Shown here: positions 1-11,342 of the stretch, in pieces
How positions within the stretch are numbered: position 1 is the first letter of the stretch
Layout of the letters: each line of letters starts with the position of its first letter
Assembly (NCBI GenBank): GCA_965240325.2
Contig: OZ251250.1
Location: 682,001-746,000, forward strand
From: Rebecca billardiae RCC1528
Taxonomy: Eukaryota > Protista > Haptophyta
Direction of reading: 5' to 3'
Length of the DNA stretch: 64,000 nt
Made by a program: the position numbers and the translations under genes
The notes under the pieces: model-generated
What the model saw: only the letters and a program-made list of their open reading frames with translations
Told to the model about the DNA's origin: nothing
Database searches by the model: none

Positions 1-1110
1 GCGGCCCGCGCGGCAGTCGTGCACGGCGTTGGCGACGACAAAGCCTGAATCGCACATGCGCGCGAGGCCGGCGAGCACGAGCACCGTCGGCCCCGGCGGC
101 ACACCCTGCGGGGGGACGTGTCGGTCCACGAACTCCTCGCGCAGCACGAGCCCCGCGCCGGAGATGGCGATGCGCATGTCTGCCTCAAGCGGCGGCAGCG
201 TGAAGGCGCGGCCGCGTGGCTGCGCGTTGGGTGGCGCACCGGCGCAGAGCAGGAGCTCGGCGAGCAGCCATGGCCACGCCGCACCGCGCGGCGGCCGACG
301 AGGTGCGCACCGCGTGGCGCGCCCGCGCGTGCCCATGGCGGCCGCAGGCGCTCCGTCTAGTGTCGGCCCGCCTCGCGCGACGACGATGGCGACCGGGCGA
401 AGGCGGGCGGTGGAGCCGAAACCTGAGCGGCAGCTCGCGGGCCTCCCCGCCCGGACTCACGGAGCCCGGCGACGACGCCCAGGCTACCGCCCTTACCCAG
501 GCTGATGAACGAACAGGAAGGCTTGCCCATCAGGCCCAGCATGAAAAGCCCATATATTGACATTGTCAAAGCTGCGCAAGGCGTTGCCTGGCAACGCCAA
601 CGGCAACGGCGTCCGCGAGTCCGAGTTTACCGCGTGGTCGGGCCGCGCCGTGCGCGGTGCGGGCGGCCGCGCATGCCAATGGCGAAGCACGGCCGCGTCG
701 TGGGAACGGAGCAGATATGAATATTACGAACAGATGATTCATGTGTCGATGGCATATTGACAGTGACACACGTACGACACGTCAGGCCGTGCGGGAGTCC
801 CGGGGCACCGTCAGGTCGCTCGCGGGTCCGGGCCCGACCGCCGGTCCGTGACTGTCGAGGCGCGCAGAGGCGGCAGACGCTGAGCTCAGGCCGGAGAAGA
901 AGACAGAAGTGACGCGGGCGGATGCGAGCCAGGGGCTGCGCACGGCCTCCACGTGGCATGCGGGTATCGCTCGAAACGGCGGACAACGGTGTGTGCGGTG
1001 GTGGGGTGATGACAGTGGCGCAGTGCGCTGGTGCGGTCGCGCGCTCACGCGCGCGCCGATGAGGACAAGGCCCCGCCGCGCGCCGGCGGGTGGTGCCGGT
1101 GGTCGCCGGT

Positions 1111-3456
1111 CTAGATGTCCGCCGTGGCGGCGGTGTTGACCTGCTCGTCCGGCTCGGCGTCGTCGTCGGTGCCGCTGTCCGTGTCGTCCGCCCTCGACTG
1201 GCGCGACGGCCCGCCGCTGCGGTTGTGCCGCCACCGGCCGGGCGTGACGGCCTTGAGGCGATCCGCCTGCACAACCTGGGCGCGGTCGACGCTCAGCTCG
1301 GGCGGCGGCGAGCCGGCGGCCTGCGCCTCGGCCTGCTCCTTCGCCTCGGCCGCCGCCGCCTTGGCCAGCTCGAGCGCGCGGTCCGTGCGGCCCTGCTCCA
1401 GCGCCGACGCGAACGCGTTCGAGACCGTCACCGCGCGCACCGCCTTTGCGAGCCGGCGCTGCCGCCGCTTCTTCGCCTCATGCTCATCGACGAAACTCCA
1501 GAGCTGCTGCTCGGCGTGCGGGTCCTTCTCGAGCACGACGCAGACGGCGGAGACGACGACGATCACGAAGAGGAAGAGCACGTACGCGTACCCCTCCGTC
1601 TTGTACGGGAACGCCGCGATCAGCAGGCATGCGTACGCGAGCACCACCTTTGTGAGGCCGAGCGCGAGCCGGCGCGGCGCGCCCGGCGCGGTGCGGTATA
1701 GCTTCCAGCCTGGGTGCAGAATCTTCTGGATGCCGAGGGCGGAGACGGTGAAGGCGCACGAGGTGGCGAGGAGGAGGACGTACTTGTACTTGAGCGGCTT
1801 CGCCGCGTACGGCTGCACGATCTTGAGCGCCACGCCGAGCGCGAGCACGGAGAGGCAGAGCGGGTAGTGCGTGGCATTCCAGAGCACGGCGCGCTGCGGC
1901 GAGCGGCGCGTCGCGTGGTGGTGCCGCGCGCCGTGGCCCGTGGGGTTGGAGATGTAGTAGAGGTACATCGCGGCGGTGAGGATCATGAACGAGGCGGTGA
2001 AGCACATGAACCCCTTGCCCACCTCGCCCCAGCACTTGGCGTCGCACTTCCAGACGCCGTACTCCTCGCCGCCGCCGCCGTAGCCGTCGTCCTTCTCCCC
2101 GAGAGCGCGCAGCATCTTCTTCGACTTGGAATCGGCGTCGTAGCCGCCGTCGTCGTAGCCGGAGATCTTGCCGGCGGCGTTGAGCGGCGAGCTGCCGATG
2201 ATGATCTGCAGCACGCCCTCGCCGAGCATGAGCATCATCAGCTCGCCACGCCGCGCGAGGAAGTACTCGATGTGGATCGGCACCATCGACTTGGGGCGCA
2301 CGCCCCAGCCAAAGACGACCGGCACGGCAATCATCAGCATGTTGAGCAGCCAGATGGAGATGAGGAGGATGAACATCGAGACGGCGTCGGTGAGCGCGAA
2401 GCCGCAGCAGAGCAGCACGATCTCGAGGCTCAGCCGCGCCACCATCTCCATCCGCGTGCGCTGCTGCGGCGTGCCCTTCTCAACGACCCACGCAGTCTCC
2501 ACGCGCCGGATCCAGTGCACGACGCGCGCGCCGAGCGTCGACGCGAGGAAGCCGTACATGTTGACGCGCTCGAAGCGGCCGAGGTCGGCGATGATGTTGT
2601 GCTGCGCGAGCGCGGTGAGCACCCCCTCGATCGCGTCGAGCACGCGGTGCGCCGGCGACTTGGCGTCGTACCGCGCGCGGTACGCCGCGAGGTGCGACCA
2701 CGACGTGAGCGTCGAGAAGCCCATCGCAACGAGCCCGAGCGCGCCCTCGGGCTTGGAGAGGTTCTCCTTGAGGAAGCCGCCGACCTGGAAGGCGAAGGCG
2801 ACGATGATCAGGTCGTAGAAGAGGTCCTGCCACTCCGCGTGCTTGCCGTGCTGCACCTCGCCCACCTGCAGGAGGCGCTTCGCCGGGAAGTACCAGCCGC
2901 GCGACACGAACGCCTCCGCGCGCTCGTGCAGCCCGTGCTCGGCCTCGTGCGTCGCGGCGCGGCGGTCGTGGTCGTCGGGCGAGGGCAGCGGCGAGGGCGC
3001 CTCGACGGACTCCTTCACCTTGATCGACAGCTTCCGCCCGAGCGACATCGAGCCCGACTTGCCGCCGGCGCTGTTTGACCTGCCGGTCTCGCCGGGCGCC
3101 CTTGCGCCCGACTCCTCGAGCCGCGCGACGGTCCGCGCGATCGCCTCCTCGTCAGCCGAGGAGATACGAGCAGCCTCCTCGGGCGCGGGGTTGATCGTCG
3201 AGTCATCCGAGTTGGGCGTCTCGCCCTGCGCGCGGCGCGTGTGCGGCGTGCGGCCGATCGGGTCGGCCGCGGGATCCTCCCGGCCGGTGGGCGCGATGGA
3301 ATCGCCGCCGATCGGCGGCAGCCGCTGCCGCGAGCCCTCGGCGCGCACGCGCTGGAGCGCGGCGGGCACGTGCGGGTCGACGTCACTCGGCTGCACCTCG
3401 CTCGGGTCCACGCCCTCGCGCGACGTCGGCCATCGGTTCGAGCTGTGCGACGACAT
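1111..3456 (-). CDS. Low temperature requirement A (LtrA)-like multi-pass membrane protein
   Basis: 781-aa ORF with many hydrophobic helices. Motifs EWQDLFYDLIIV and HIEYFLARRGELMMLMLGEGV resemble the LtrA 'ELFFDLVFV' and 'H..ER...f.i..LGE' signatures. Confidence 0.75.
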   Translation of the reverse strand: MSSHSSNRWPTSREGVDPSEVQPSDVDPHVPAALQRVRAEGSRQRLPPIGGDSIAPTGREDPAADPIGRTPHTRRAQGETPNSDDSTINPAPEEAARISSADEEAIARTVARLEESGARAPGETGRSNSAGGKSGSMSLGRKLSIKVKESVEAPSPLPSPDDHDRRAATHEAEHGLHERAEAFVSRGWYFPAKRLLQVGEVQHGKHAEWQDLFYDLIIVAFAFQVGGFLKENLSKPEGALGLVAMGFSTLTSWSHLAAYRARYDAKSPAHRVLDAIEGVLTALAQHNIIADLGRFERVNMYGFLASTLGARVVHWIRRVETAWVVEKGTPQQRTRMEMVARLSLEIVLLCCGFALTDAVSMFILLISIWLLNMLMIAVPVVFGWGVRPKSMVPIHIEYFLARRGELMMLMLGEGVLQIIIGSSPLNAAGKISGYDDGGYDADSKSKKMLRALGEKDDGYGGGGEEYGVWKCDAKCWGEVGKGFMCFTASFMILTAAMYLYYISNPTGHGARHHHATRRSPQRAVLWNATHYPLCLSVLALGVALKIVQPYAAKPLKYKYVLLLATSCAFTVSALGIQKILHPGWKLYRTAPGAPRRLALGLTKVVLAYACLLIAAFPYKTEGYAYVLFLFVIVVVSAVCVVLEKDPHAEQQLWSFVDEHEAKKRRQRRLAKAVRAVTVSNAFASALEQGRTDRALELAKAAAAEAKEQAEAQAAGSPPPELSVDRAQVVQADRLKAVTPGRWRHNRSGGPSRQSRADDTDSGTDDDAEPDEQVNTAATADI

Positions 3457-4474
3457 GTCGCGGTGCGAGGAGAAAGCCGCCCGGCTCCTAGGGGTGGCCG
3501 GCCGACTGATTGGGGGCCACTGGTCGAGAGACTGGCGGAGATTCGCCGTCGCGAAACATCAAATAGCGGCATCAGGGGGAATCTGTCCGTCTTCAGACTC
3601 GTCTGCAGCCCGTCGCGCCCCGCAAAACGTGCGGTGAAAGCGGGGCATCGGGCTTCCCACTGGTCAGAATGTGGGTATCTGCGGTCGGAATTCTTGACCG
3701 AGCGGCAAGGGCCCGCTCTCGAGAGCCTACGATTTGGCGCTTTCGCCTTGGTTGTCTACCCGGCGGCGGCAATCACCACCTTCAAAGACGGGCAAAGATT
3801 GCTAGCCGACGAAGTGGAAGGGGTGGGAAATGGAGAAATGAGTTACAAAGATGACGCGCGCTTCGTCATCCGACCGGCCGGTTGGATTGGCATGGGGCCG
3901 GAAGGAACGGCGCGCCGTCGAATGCGCGCACGGGCACGTCCGTTGTCTGCCCGCACAGTGGTTGCAGGCCGCGTGCCCTGGGGTCGGTTGGCGGCACGCC
4001 GTGGCGGCCCGGGCAGCAAGCGCCGCAGCTTGGCACGAGTTGCGCCCGGTTGCAGGTTCACACCACGCGCGGCCGCGGCCAGTCCGTGGGTGACGCGGTC
4101 GGGAATCCGTGGGGGAGGGCTTCACTTTGGCAGTCTGCAAGAGCGGTACTTGCACGCTAACCCCGCTGCACTGTCCACGTGACGAGGTCAGGCATCCGAG
4201 TGTCGACGGGCCTGGCCGGGGCCCGACAGACCCCGGATCGCCGGGCACGGCGGCCATCATTCACACGGTACGCGGCCCGAGTTAGTCCGCCGCACTTACG
4301 GCCCGGCAGCCTCGCGGCACCCGGGGCCGGTCGGGACGGTGAGGACGGTCCGACGACCATGGTCCGTCGGTCGGCCGCCACTGACGGTTCGCAGCGAGGC
4401 CCACCTCAAAGATGTGCGGGTGCCGTTTCTGGACGCTTCTAGCCTTGATCTCCTGAACATTTGTAGGGGAGATG

Positions 4475-4500
4475 AGTTTAGTCAGTCGACTGACTAAACT
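4475..4500. repeat. Perfect 26-bp palindrome AGTTTAGTCAGTCGACTGACTAAACT
   Basis: The sequence equals its own reverse complement. Confidence 0.95.
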
Positions 4501-5597
4501 TTTTCTTCAATCAAGGCTCCTCACGACTAGGCGCCGTCTTGCACGAAATCCCTATCCTCTCGTCTGGCCACGGCCCTTGGTCTGGCGGTCTTGCATCAAA
4601 TCCTGGACTCGCGAGGGCAAGGGGTGGGCCCTCTACCTACGGCCGCCAAACCGGTAATACGCGTTCTGAGCCCGGTCTGGTTGCGGGCGGCCCGGGGCCG
4701 CCGCGCCCCGGCTGCCGGGGCGGCGACTCGGGGAGGCGAGCGTTGGCGCGCGCCCGCCGTGGCCGCGGCGGCAGCGGGGTCGTTGGGCCATCCCAGGGGT
4801 ATCTGAGCCTCTCGACAAGGGGCCGTGGCTGCGCCTCGCGTGGGCTGTACTGCACGCGGGCAGCCGACACGAATGCGATGCGCCATCCAAGCGCGAGCCC
4901 GAGAGCTTTCGCGACACGGGTGCTGCGCGAGCACGTCTGAAGGAGCGGGCAAGGTCTCGAGAGGAAGCAGGGAGACCACAGAAGTGCTAGCTCGCAACGA
5001 CAGTCAGGGAGCGCGAGCCGCCCCGCTGCGCTGCCTGAGCCGGTCGCCCCACGGGCACGGCCACGGGCCACGCGTGGCGGGCAAACGTGACTGCCGCGCG
5101 GCAAGGCTTGGTGAGTGTGTACATGCTTCAAGTGGCTGGTCGCTGGTAGAGCTGCTGCATCCCAATCGCGAGCAGCCAGTAACAGCGACTCGGCCGCGCC
5201 GCCGCGGCCGTGCTCCGCAGTTCTGGTGCCCGCGCGGAACTGACGGTCACGGTTGCGCACCCGCGGGCGGCGAGACCAGTCAGTGGGCCGGCTCTGCCGC
5301 CGTCCCTGAGCGTGACCCGCAGTGGCGTCGCCGGGCTTGCAGGGGGGTCTAAGCCGGCCGCCCGCCCGAACCGGAGCCTGGCACGACCGTATCCGGCCCG
5401 CGCCGCCGCGCGCTGCCACAGTGGCCGGTGGCGGTGGCACGCGTCGGGCCCGCGCAGCCCGCGCGGCCCGCGCCGCCGCGCGGCCCGCGAGCGCGGGCCT
5501 CATCCGACGAATAAGACTGACGAGTATCACGAACGAATATGGCGCCAATGCGGGATAGTGCGACTGGAGTGCTGAGCCGTGACTGACTACGTCATGC

Positions 5598-7000
5598 CTA
5601 CCAGCCGTACGTACATCCCCGCCCACTATTCGGATGGTAGCCCGCGGTCGGCGGCGGCGAGCCGCCGATGATTGTCCCGCCGGTCGCTGTGACATCCTTC
5701 CACTTACGCCAGGTGAAGCGCAGGCCGATGACCGACTGGAAGTCGGTGAACAGGACGAGCTGGTGCGGGCTCTCGGCGAGCGTCGTGGCGGGAGAGAAGA
5801 TCTCGGCGTAGTTGTCCGACGCGTTGCCGTTCAGCGGAGCGATCGAGAAGAAGGGCCAGCCGGGGGCGAGCGGCAAGCTCGCGTGAGATGCGAGCTCGAG
5901 CTCGTACCGGCCGCGCAGCCAGCGGCCCAGGCGGTCCTCGGCGAAGAGGTCGATGACGGCAGCATCGTACGCGGTGGCATCGACCTGGACCGATGCGCGC
6001 TCGGCTGCGTGCAAGCCTCGGCAGTGCGCGACGACGCGCGTGAGCAGCCGATCGAAGATCGCCGCCTGCTGCTGCTGGCGGACGCGAATGTGCATCGGCT
6101 CCCGCCACAGGAACTCACGGTACCGCGCGACGAGGTTGTGCACAGCCTCCGCCGGCGGGCGGTACAGCTTCGCGCCGTGCTCGATGGCGACGATGGTGAC
6201 GTGGCGATACACCTTACTGCTGGCGAGGCAGCCCGCGACACGGCGCTCGGACTCGACGCACGCCGCAACCAGATCGGCGTCCGCGGCGATGCCAATCTCA
6301 TCGCGCCCTGCGCGGCGCGCGCGGGCACGCGCGCAGGACGCGCGTCAACACGGGCGGCGGGGGGGAGCGGGCACGGCGCGCGCGCAGCGGGATCCGATCG
6401 TACCGAGATCGAGCACGTGCTCGTCCGCCTCCCCGAGCAAGCACGGCCGCAGCGGGTAGCCGCGCTGCTGCCCGTCCTCCGCAGCCCCTGTCGTCGTCGG
6501 CAGCACGATGCCGCCGTCCGGCTGCTTCCAGGCCTTCAGGCCGACACCGAACTCGAATGGCATGCGGGCGGTCGGGAGCTGCGCGATGACCTCCTCGGGT
6601 GGCTCGGTCAGATTCATGTTCGCCACATGCAGCACGTTGCGCTTGGCCTTGAACGGCTGCGGCTCGGACTCGCCCTGCCTGGCATCACAGACGACGGGGC
6701 GGACGACGACACGCGGTGTTGGCGCGCCGCGGGTATGCGCGCGCAGGGAGGGATCGCGGGCGGGGCGGCGCACCTCGGGCGCTTGAACGCGGTCCATGCA
6801 TTCACGAAGAAGTCCAGTGCGCCCCCGCGCGCGATGAACTCCGCAAGGTTCTTCCACACCATCACCTTGCCATGCACCGTCTCGACCTCGATCTCCTCCT
6901 CCTTCCAGTTGCCGACGTGCTCGTAGACCTCCGCAGGGTGGTAGTCTGCGGTGCGCGTCTTGCCAGGCAAGTCCTCCACGAAGTAGAACCACTTTACCAT
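5598..7000 (-). CDS. Three-exon hypothetical protein (~400 aa); exons 7000-6774, 6678-6404, 6307-5598
   Basis: Canonical GT/CAG junctions join three ORF segments in frame (MVKWFYF...KRPR/QGESEPQ...VLDLG/RDEIGI...TYGW*). No family recognised. Confidence 0.65.
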
Positions 7001-7466
7001 GAGGGTCACTGACCCCGCGACGACTTCTTGACGACGCGGCGCACCTGCGCGAGCCCGGCGCGCTCCGAAGGCCTGCCGTTCTTCTGCAGCCACTGCACGA
7101 CGACATGGTCTCCGATTCCGATATTGATGCCGCGCCAGATGACGCCGACATTCCGCAATCGTCCTCCCCGCGTGGCGGCGGTGACGAGCTCCGGCGCGGT
7201 GGCCGGCGGGAGCTCCCCGCTCCGTCCATGACTTCGACAAACCGCGAGGGGCCGTTCGACCGGCGCTCAGCCGGAACGGAGCGACTCAACCAGGCTCGGC
7301 GGTTGCTCAAAAACCTATTCATGCCCTCCACCGCCCCTGGTGCAGGCCGGGCGTTGATTGGCCGTCGGTTGCTAGTGCAGTTTTAAGAAAATCTCGTGGA
7401 ACGTGGCCGGAAAAGGCACCCGCACATCTTTGAGGTGGGCCGCGCGGCGCCGGCGACACGGATCTG

Positions 7467-7585
<119 letters not shown>

Positions 7586-7720
7586 GTCGGCGTATATATC
7601 TAGCAGACGGCTGGCACATGCACTTACTAGTAGAGCGGTACGGTGCCAGTAGCCTTCGGTCCGTGGCCGTGCCAGCCGATGACCGTTCGCGGTCCGATCG
7701 GCCCGGCAGTGTCAATGGAG

Positions 7721-9438
7721 TAGGGGGGCCAAACCGCCCATTTAAAAATGAAAAGCAAAGTCGCGTCGCATTTTCGCTCCGCCCTCGGCCTTTTAGGGTG
7801 GCGCGGAGCCTTTTTCTCGGACCCCGCTCGAAAATCGAGCTCCGACGCCGTCGGACGCTCAGAGCTCGGTTCCGCTCCAGCGCGAGCGGCCGGAGGCAGT
7901 GGACCGCCGCGCGCTCGCGACCTTTGAGACGCCGAGATGGTCTCGGGTGCGCGCGCGCGTGACGCTGGTGTGCGCTACTGACCCGTGCCTTTGCGCCACC
8001 AGCGGCTCACCACCCGCTTCTTGGCCATCTCGCGCCGTGCGCGGCGCGCGTCGGCCGGCTTGAATTGGCGCGCTGCGTGCGCCCGTCACGCTACCGCACG
8101 GTGTGGCTCATGATCAACTCGCACAGTTGAGATCGATGCTCGCACCAAGTGCCCATGTATGTATGTGGATGCCCAGCTCGCCTAACCTGCCCTGCTGCGC
8201 CGGAATCGCCGTCAGCAGACCGGCGCGAGCTCGCGCGCAACACCTCCGCGGAGCTCGCAACTGTCATGTTCCGCTTGTAGGGCCCGTGTTTGCACCTGCC
8301 GTGGCACTTGCGATGGTCAGTACGTTGGGTATGGGTCACGTGTGCCCTCTGATGGCGTCTGGGCGCCTCCCATTCGCCTCTCAGGACGTCGCGGGGCGTG
8401 CTCGCAGGCAGCGGTTGGCTCATTCGACAGGTCCGACGTGCACTCGACCGTGCCTGCAAGCGCGCCCCTGTGACGCTCATGCCTGCAGAAGCAGATGCAG
8501 ATGGGCCCTCATGCACCCTGGTGCGCCCAAGACCGGCGGGAGCGTCAGAGACCGTCTCAATCTTGACACCTTGCACACGCCGGCGCTTGCCGGTGGGCTC
8601 CGCGCAGCCAGCCAGGAGCGCCGAACAGCGCCGGATCAGCCTCTGTAGGCCGAATATCCGCCCCTAAGCCCAGAAATAGCGCGGAACAGGGTAGTGCGTA
8701 CCTATATGGACCAATCCCATCCAGCCTGGTTTGGTGCAGACACGCCAGCCACCGCCTGGAGCAGACGTTTGCTGCCGAATCGCATGCTCGGCACTGTGCC
8801 GCACTGCGACGACGACAGATTTGACCTGCCTCGTAGGTCTCGGCCAGGGAGCGGTGACGGTTGGCTCGAGTCACTTTAAACCTTGACTATGACCGAGAGC
8901 ACTCCCGGGCTAAGGACGTGGGGCCGGTGCTTTGGGTCTACTATGTCTGCAATACGCCGTACGCGTGGCCGTATACACAGTCTGAAAACGTATCTCGCAG
9001 CTCGAGATCAGACGAGGCTGTATTCATCAGCATGGCGCCTATATACACAGTGGGTATGTAACGATCGGTGGCTTCTAGGAAACTACATATTTGACAGCCT
9101 GCCAGTACACCGCCTATATCGCATGTTGGGACCTGCTGCTGCTGGGGACTCAGAACGATCTCGCTGAGATGCTCTATCAAAGTGAGGTCGACATGGTCTA
9201 TATGTCACATATAGGACGACCGTTACATACCGTTTCCAATAAGTTCAGGCTCATTCTAATAAGTAAATATGCTAGCCGTTACGCCCTATATTCAGGGTAT
9301 GTGCACCTGATTTTTTTACATGGCCGGCCCAGACCCCTCCAGAGGGCAAATGATCCAGCCCGAAATCAGCTCTAAACACTCGCTAGGACCCGCGCTCGTG
9401 GCCGTCAGTAACGCTACAGTGCCACTTTGGCCCCCCTA
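7721..9438. mobile_element. Non-autonomous hAT-like DNA transposon
   Basis: 13-bp TIR TAGGGGGGCCAAA (7721-7733) / TTTGGCCCCCCTA (9426-9438). Flanking direct repeat AATGGAG at 7714-7720 and 9439-9445. TAGGG termini are typical of hAT. No intact ORF inside. Confidence 0.75.
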
Positions 9439-9568
9439 AATGGAGTACGGGCTGCCACGGTCTATTGACGCCATGCATGATGCAGGCGGGCGCGCGGGTC
9501 GGTCCGCGCGGGCCCGTAAGCTCAGACAGACGCGCGGCGTTGAGCCCCGCCTGGCCGCCCCCGCCTCA

Positions 9569-9729
9569 CATGGGCGGTGACAGTTGGCGGCCGCGTCAAT
9601 AGTTATATATATATATAATCTCGCCTGCCTGAGCTGTGTGCGTAGTCTCTTATCCTTAGTCAGTAAATGACTGTACAGACTAAGTACGGAATAAGAGACG
9701 CACACAGCTCAGGCAGGCGGCGAGATTGA
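9569..9729. repeat. Dispersed ~50-bp repeat, two copies in inverted (tail-to-tail) arrangement
   Basis: AATCTCGCCTGCCTGAGCTGTGTGCGT..CTCTTAT at 9617-9675 and its reverse complement at 9675-9729. The same motif occurs at 44205 and 51136/51175. Confidence 0.9.
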
Positions 9730-9944
9730 ACTACAGTACCTTACGGACTCTCAATCAAGACCGGACAGCCAAACGCCGGCGAACGCGGCAGTTCTGAGTT
9801 CAGGTCGTTCAGGATCAGTTTGGGCCACGCACCCGCCCCCGAGTGGGGCTCTGTAATATCGGACCCGCCAATCTAGTCGTAAGCCTTACTACGGTGCCGG
9901 GTGCCCTTGCCGTCCTGACAACGACGCAGCTGCGATGCTGCTGC

Positions 9945-11342
9945 TCAGGCCCGGCTCCCCCCGGTCACACGCCTGGCCATCACCACGGGTCGTACACACG
10001 ACGGCGTCGAGACGACGCTGGCTGTGACCAGCTGCGGCAGCTGCGATGATCGCGGCCGCCGCGCTGCCACAACGTCCGGAGCAGTGGCTGTGCTGCTGGC
10101 GCGCTTCCGCTGTCGCTTGGCGGCGCTCGTCACTTCGTTGGGGCTCTTCATGTCTTGCTGCAGCCCGCGCTTGTGCCGACCTGAACTCCGATGGCTCTTC
10201 ATGCCGGCCAGCTTGTGCGCAGCGCACCGGCTGGCACGCGCGTCACCCGGCATGCCGTAGTAAGGCTGCGTGGTGCAGCCCGTGTGATCGCACTTGGGGT
10301 GCTTCAGGTCGACCATGCCGGCCAGCTTGTGCGCAGCGCACCGGCTGGCGCGCGCGTCGCCCGGCATGCCGAATGAAGGCACCTTGGTGCAGCTGGCATG
10401 ATCACACTTGGGGCTCTTCAGGTCGACCATGCCGGCCAGCTTGTGCGCAGCGCACCGGCTGGCACGCGCGTCACCCGGCATGCCGAACGCAGGCTGCGTG
10501 GTGCAGCCCGTGTGATCGCACTTGCGGCTCTTCAGGTCGACCATGCCGGCCAGCTTGTGCGCAGCGCACCGGCTGGCACGCATGTCGCCCGGCATGCCGA
10601 ATGAAGGCCCCGTGGTGCAGCCCGTGTGATCGCACTTGGGGTGCTTCAGGTCGACCATGCCGGCCAGCTTGTGCGCAGCGCACCGGCTGGCACGCGCGTC
10701 ACCCGGCATGCCGAAGTGAGGCTGCGTGGTGCAGCCCGTGTGATCGCACTTGGGGCTCTTCAGGTCGACCATGCCGGCCAGCTTGTGCGCAGCGCACCGG
10801 CTGGCACGCGCGTCACCCGGCATGCCGAAGTGAGGCTGCGTGGTGCAGCCCGTGTGATCACACTTGCGGCTCTTCAGGTCGACCATGCCGGCCAGCTTGT
10901 GCGCAGCGCACCGGCTCGCGCGCGCGTCAACCGGCATGCCGAATGAAGGCACCTTGATGCAGCCCTCGTGATCGCACTTGCGGTTCTCCAGGTCGACCAT
11001 GCCGGCCAGCTTGTGCGCAGCGCACCGGCTGGCGCGCGCGGCACCCGGCATGCCGAATGAAGGCCGCGTGGTGCAGCCCGTGTGATCGCACTTGGGGCTC
11101 TTCAGGTCGACCATGCCGGCCAGCTTGTGCGCAGCGCACCGGCTCGCGCGCGCGTCACCCGGCATGCCGAATGAAGGCTCCTTGGTGCAGCCCGTGTGAT
11201 CGCACTTGCGGTTCGTAACGTTGACCATGCCAGCCAGCTTGTGCGCAGCGCACCGGCTGGCGCGCGCGTCGCCTGCCAGACCGAAGTGAGGCTGCGTGGT
11301 GCAGCCCGTGTGATCACACTTGCGTCTTTTCCGGTCGACCAT
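9945..11342 (-). CDS. EsV-1-7-type cysteine-rich repeat protein (10 x 38 aa, C-x4-C-x16-C-x2-H)
   Basis: Ten units of MVDLKSPKCDHTGCTTQPHFGMPGDARASRCAAHKLAG type, followed by a basic tail (AAKRQRKR, NLS-like). First ATG at 11342; the ORF is open to 11426. Confidence 0.85.
   Translation of the reverse strand: MVDRKRRKCDHTGCTTQPHFGLAGDARASRCAAHKLAGMVNVTNRKCDHTGCTKEPSFGMPGDARASRCAAHKLAGMVDLKSPKCDHTGCTTRPSFGMPGAARASRCAAHKLAGMVDLENRKCDHEGCIKVPSFGMPVDARASRCAAHKLAGMVDLKSRKCDHTGCTTQPHFGMPGDARASRCAAHKLAGMVDLKSPKCDHTGCTTQPHFGMPGDARASRCAAHKLAGMVDLKHPKCDHTGCTTGPSFGMPGDMRASRCAAHKLAGMVDLKSRKCDHTGCTTQPAFGMPGDARASRCAAHKLAGMVDLKSPKCDHASCTKVPSFGMPGDARASRCAAHKLAGMVDLKHPKCDHTGCTTQPYYGMPGDARASRCAAHKLAGMKSHRSSGRHKRGLQQDMKSPNEVTSAAKRQRKRASSTATAPDVVAARRPRSSQLPQLVTASVVSTPSCVRPVVMARRVTGGSRA
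10203..11342. repeat. 114-bp coding tandem repeat, 10 units
   Basis: ATGCCGGCCAGCTTGTGCGCAGCGCACCGG recurs with a 114-bp period. Confidence 0.97.

Noticed and set aside
480-760. Gene at the window start
   Set aside because: Coding-like fragments are split between frames and no family is recognisable; at most a relic.
3700-3900. Coding-like patch within ORF 3241-4182
   Set aside because: Short, without supported start or splice structure, and no recognisable motif.
9835-9876. Helitron 3' end (hairpin plus CTAG) beside the EsV-1-7 gene
   Set aside because: The stem is only 4-5 bp and ~25 nt from CTAG, and no matching 5' end was found.
10203-11342. CRISPR-like array
   Set aside because: Units are contiguous 114-bp in-frame coding repeats with no unique spacers and no cas genes, in a eukaryotic context.
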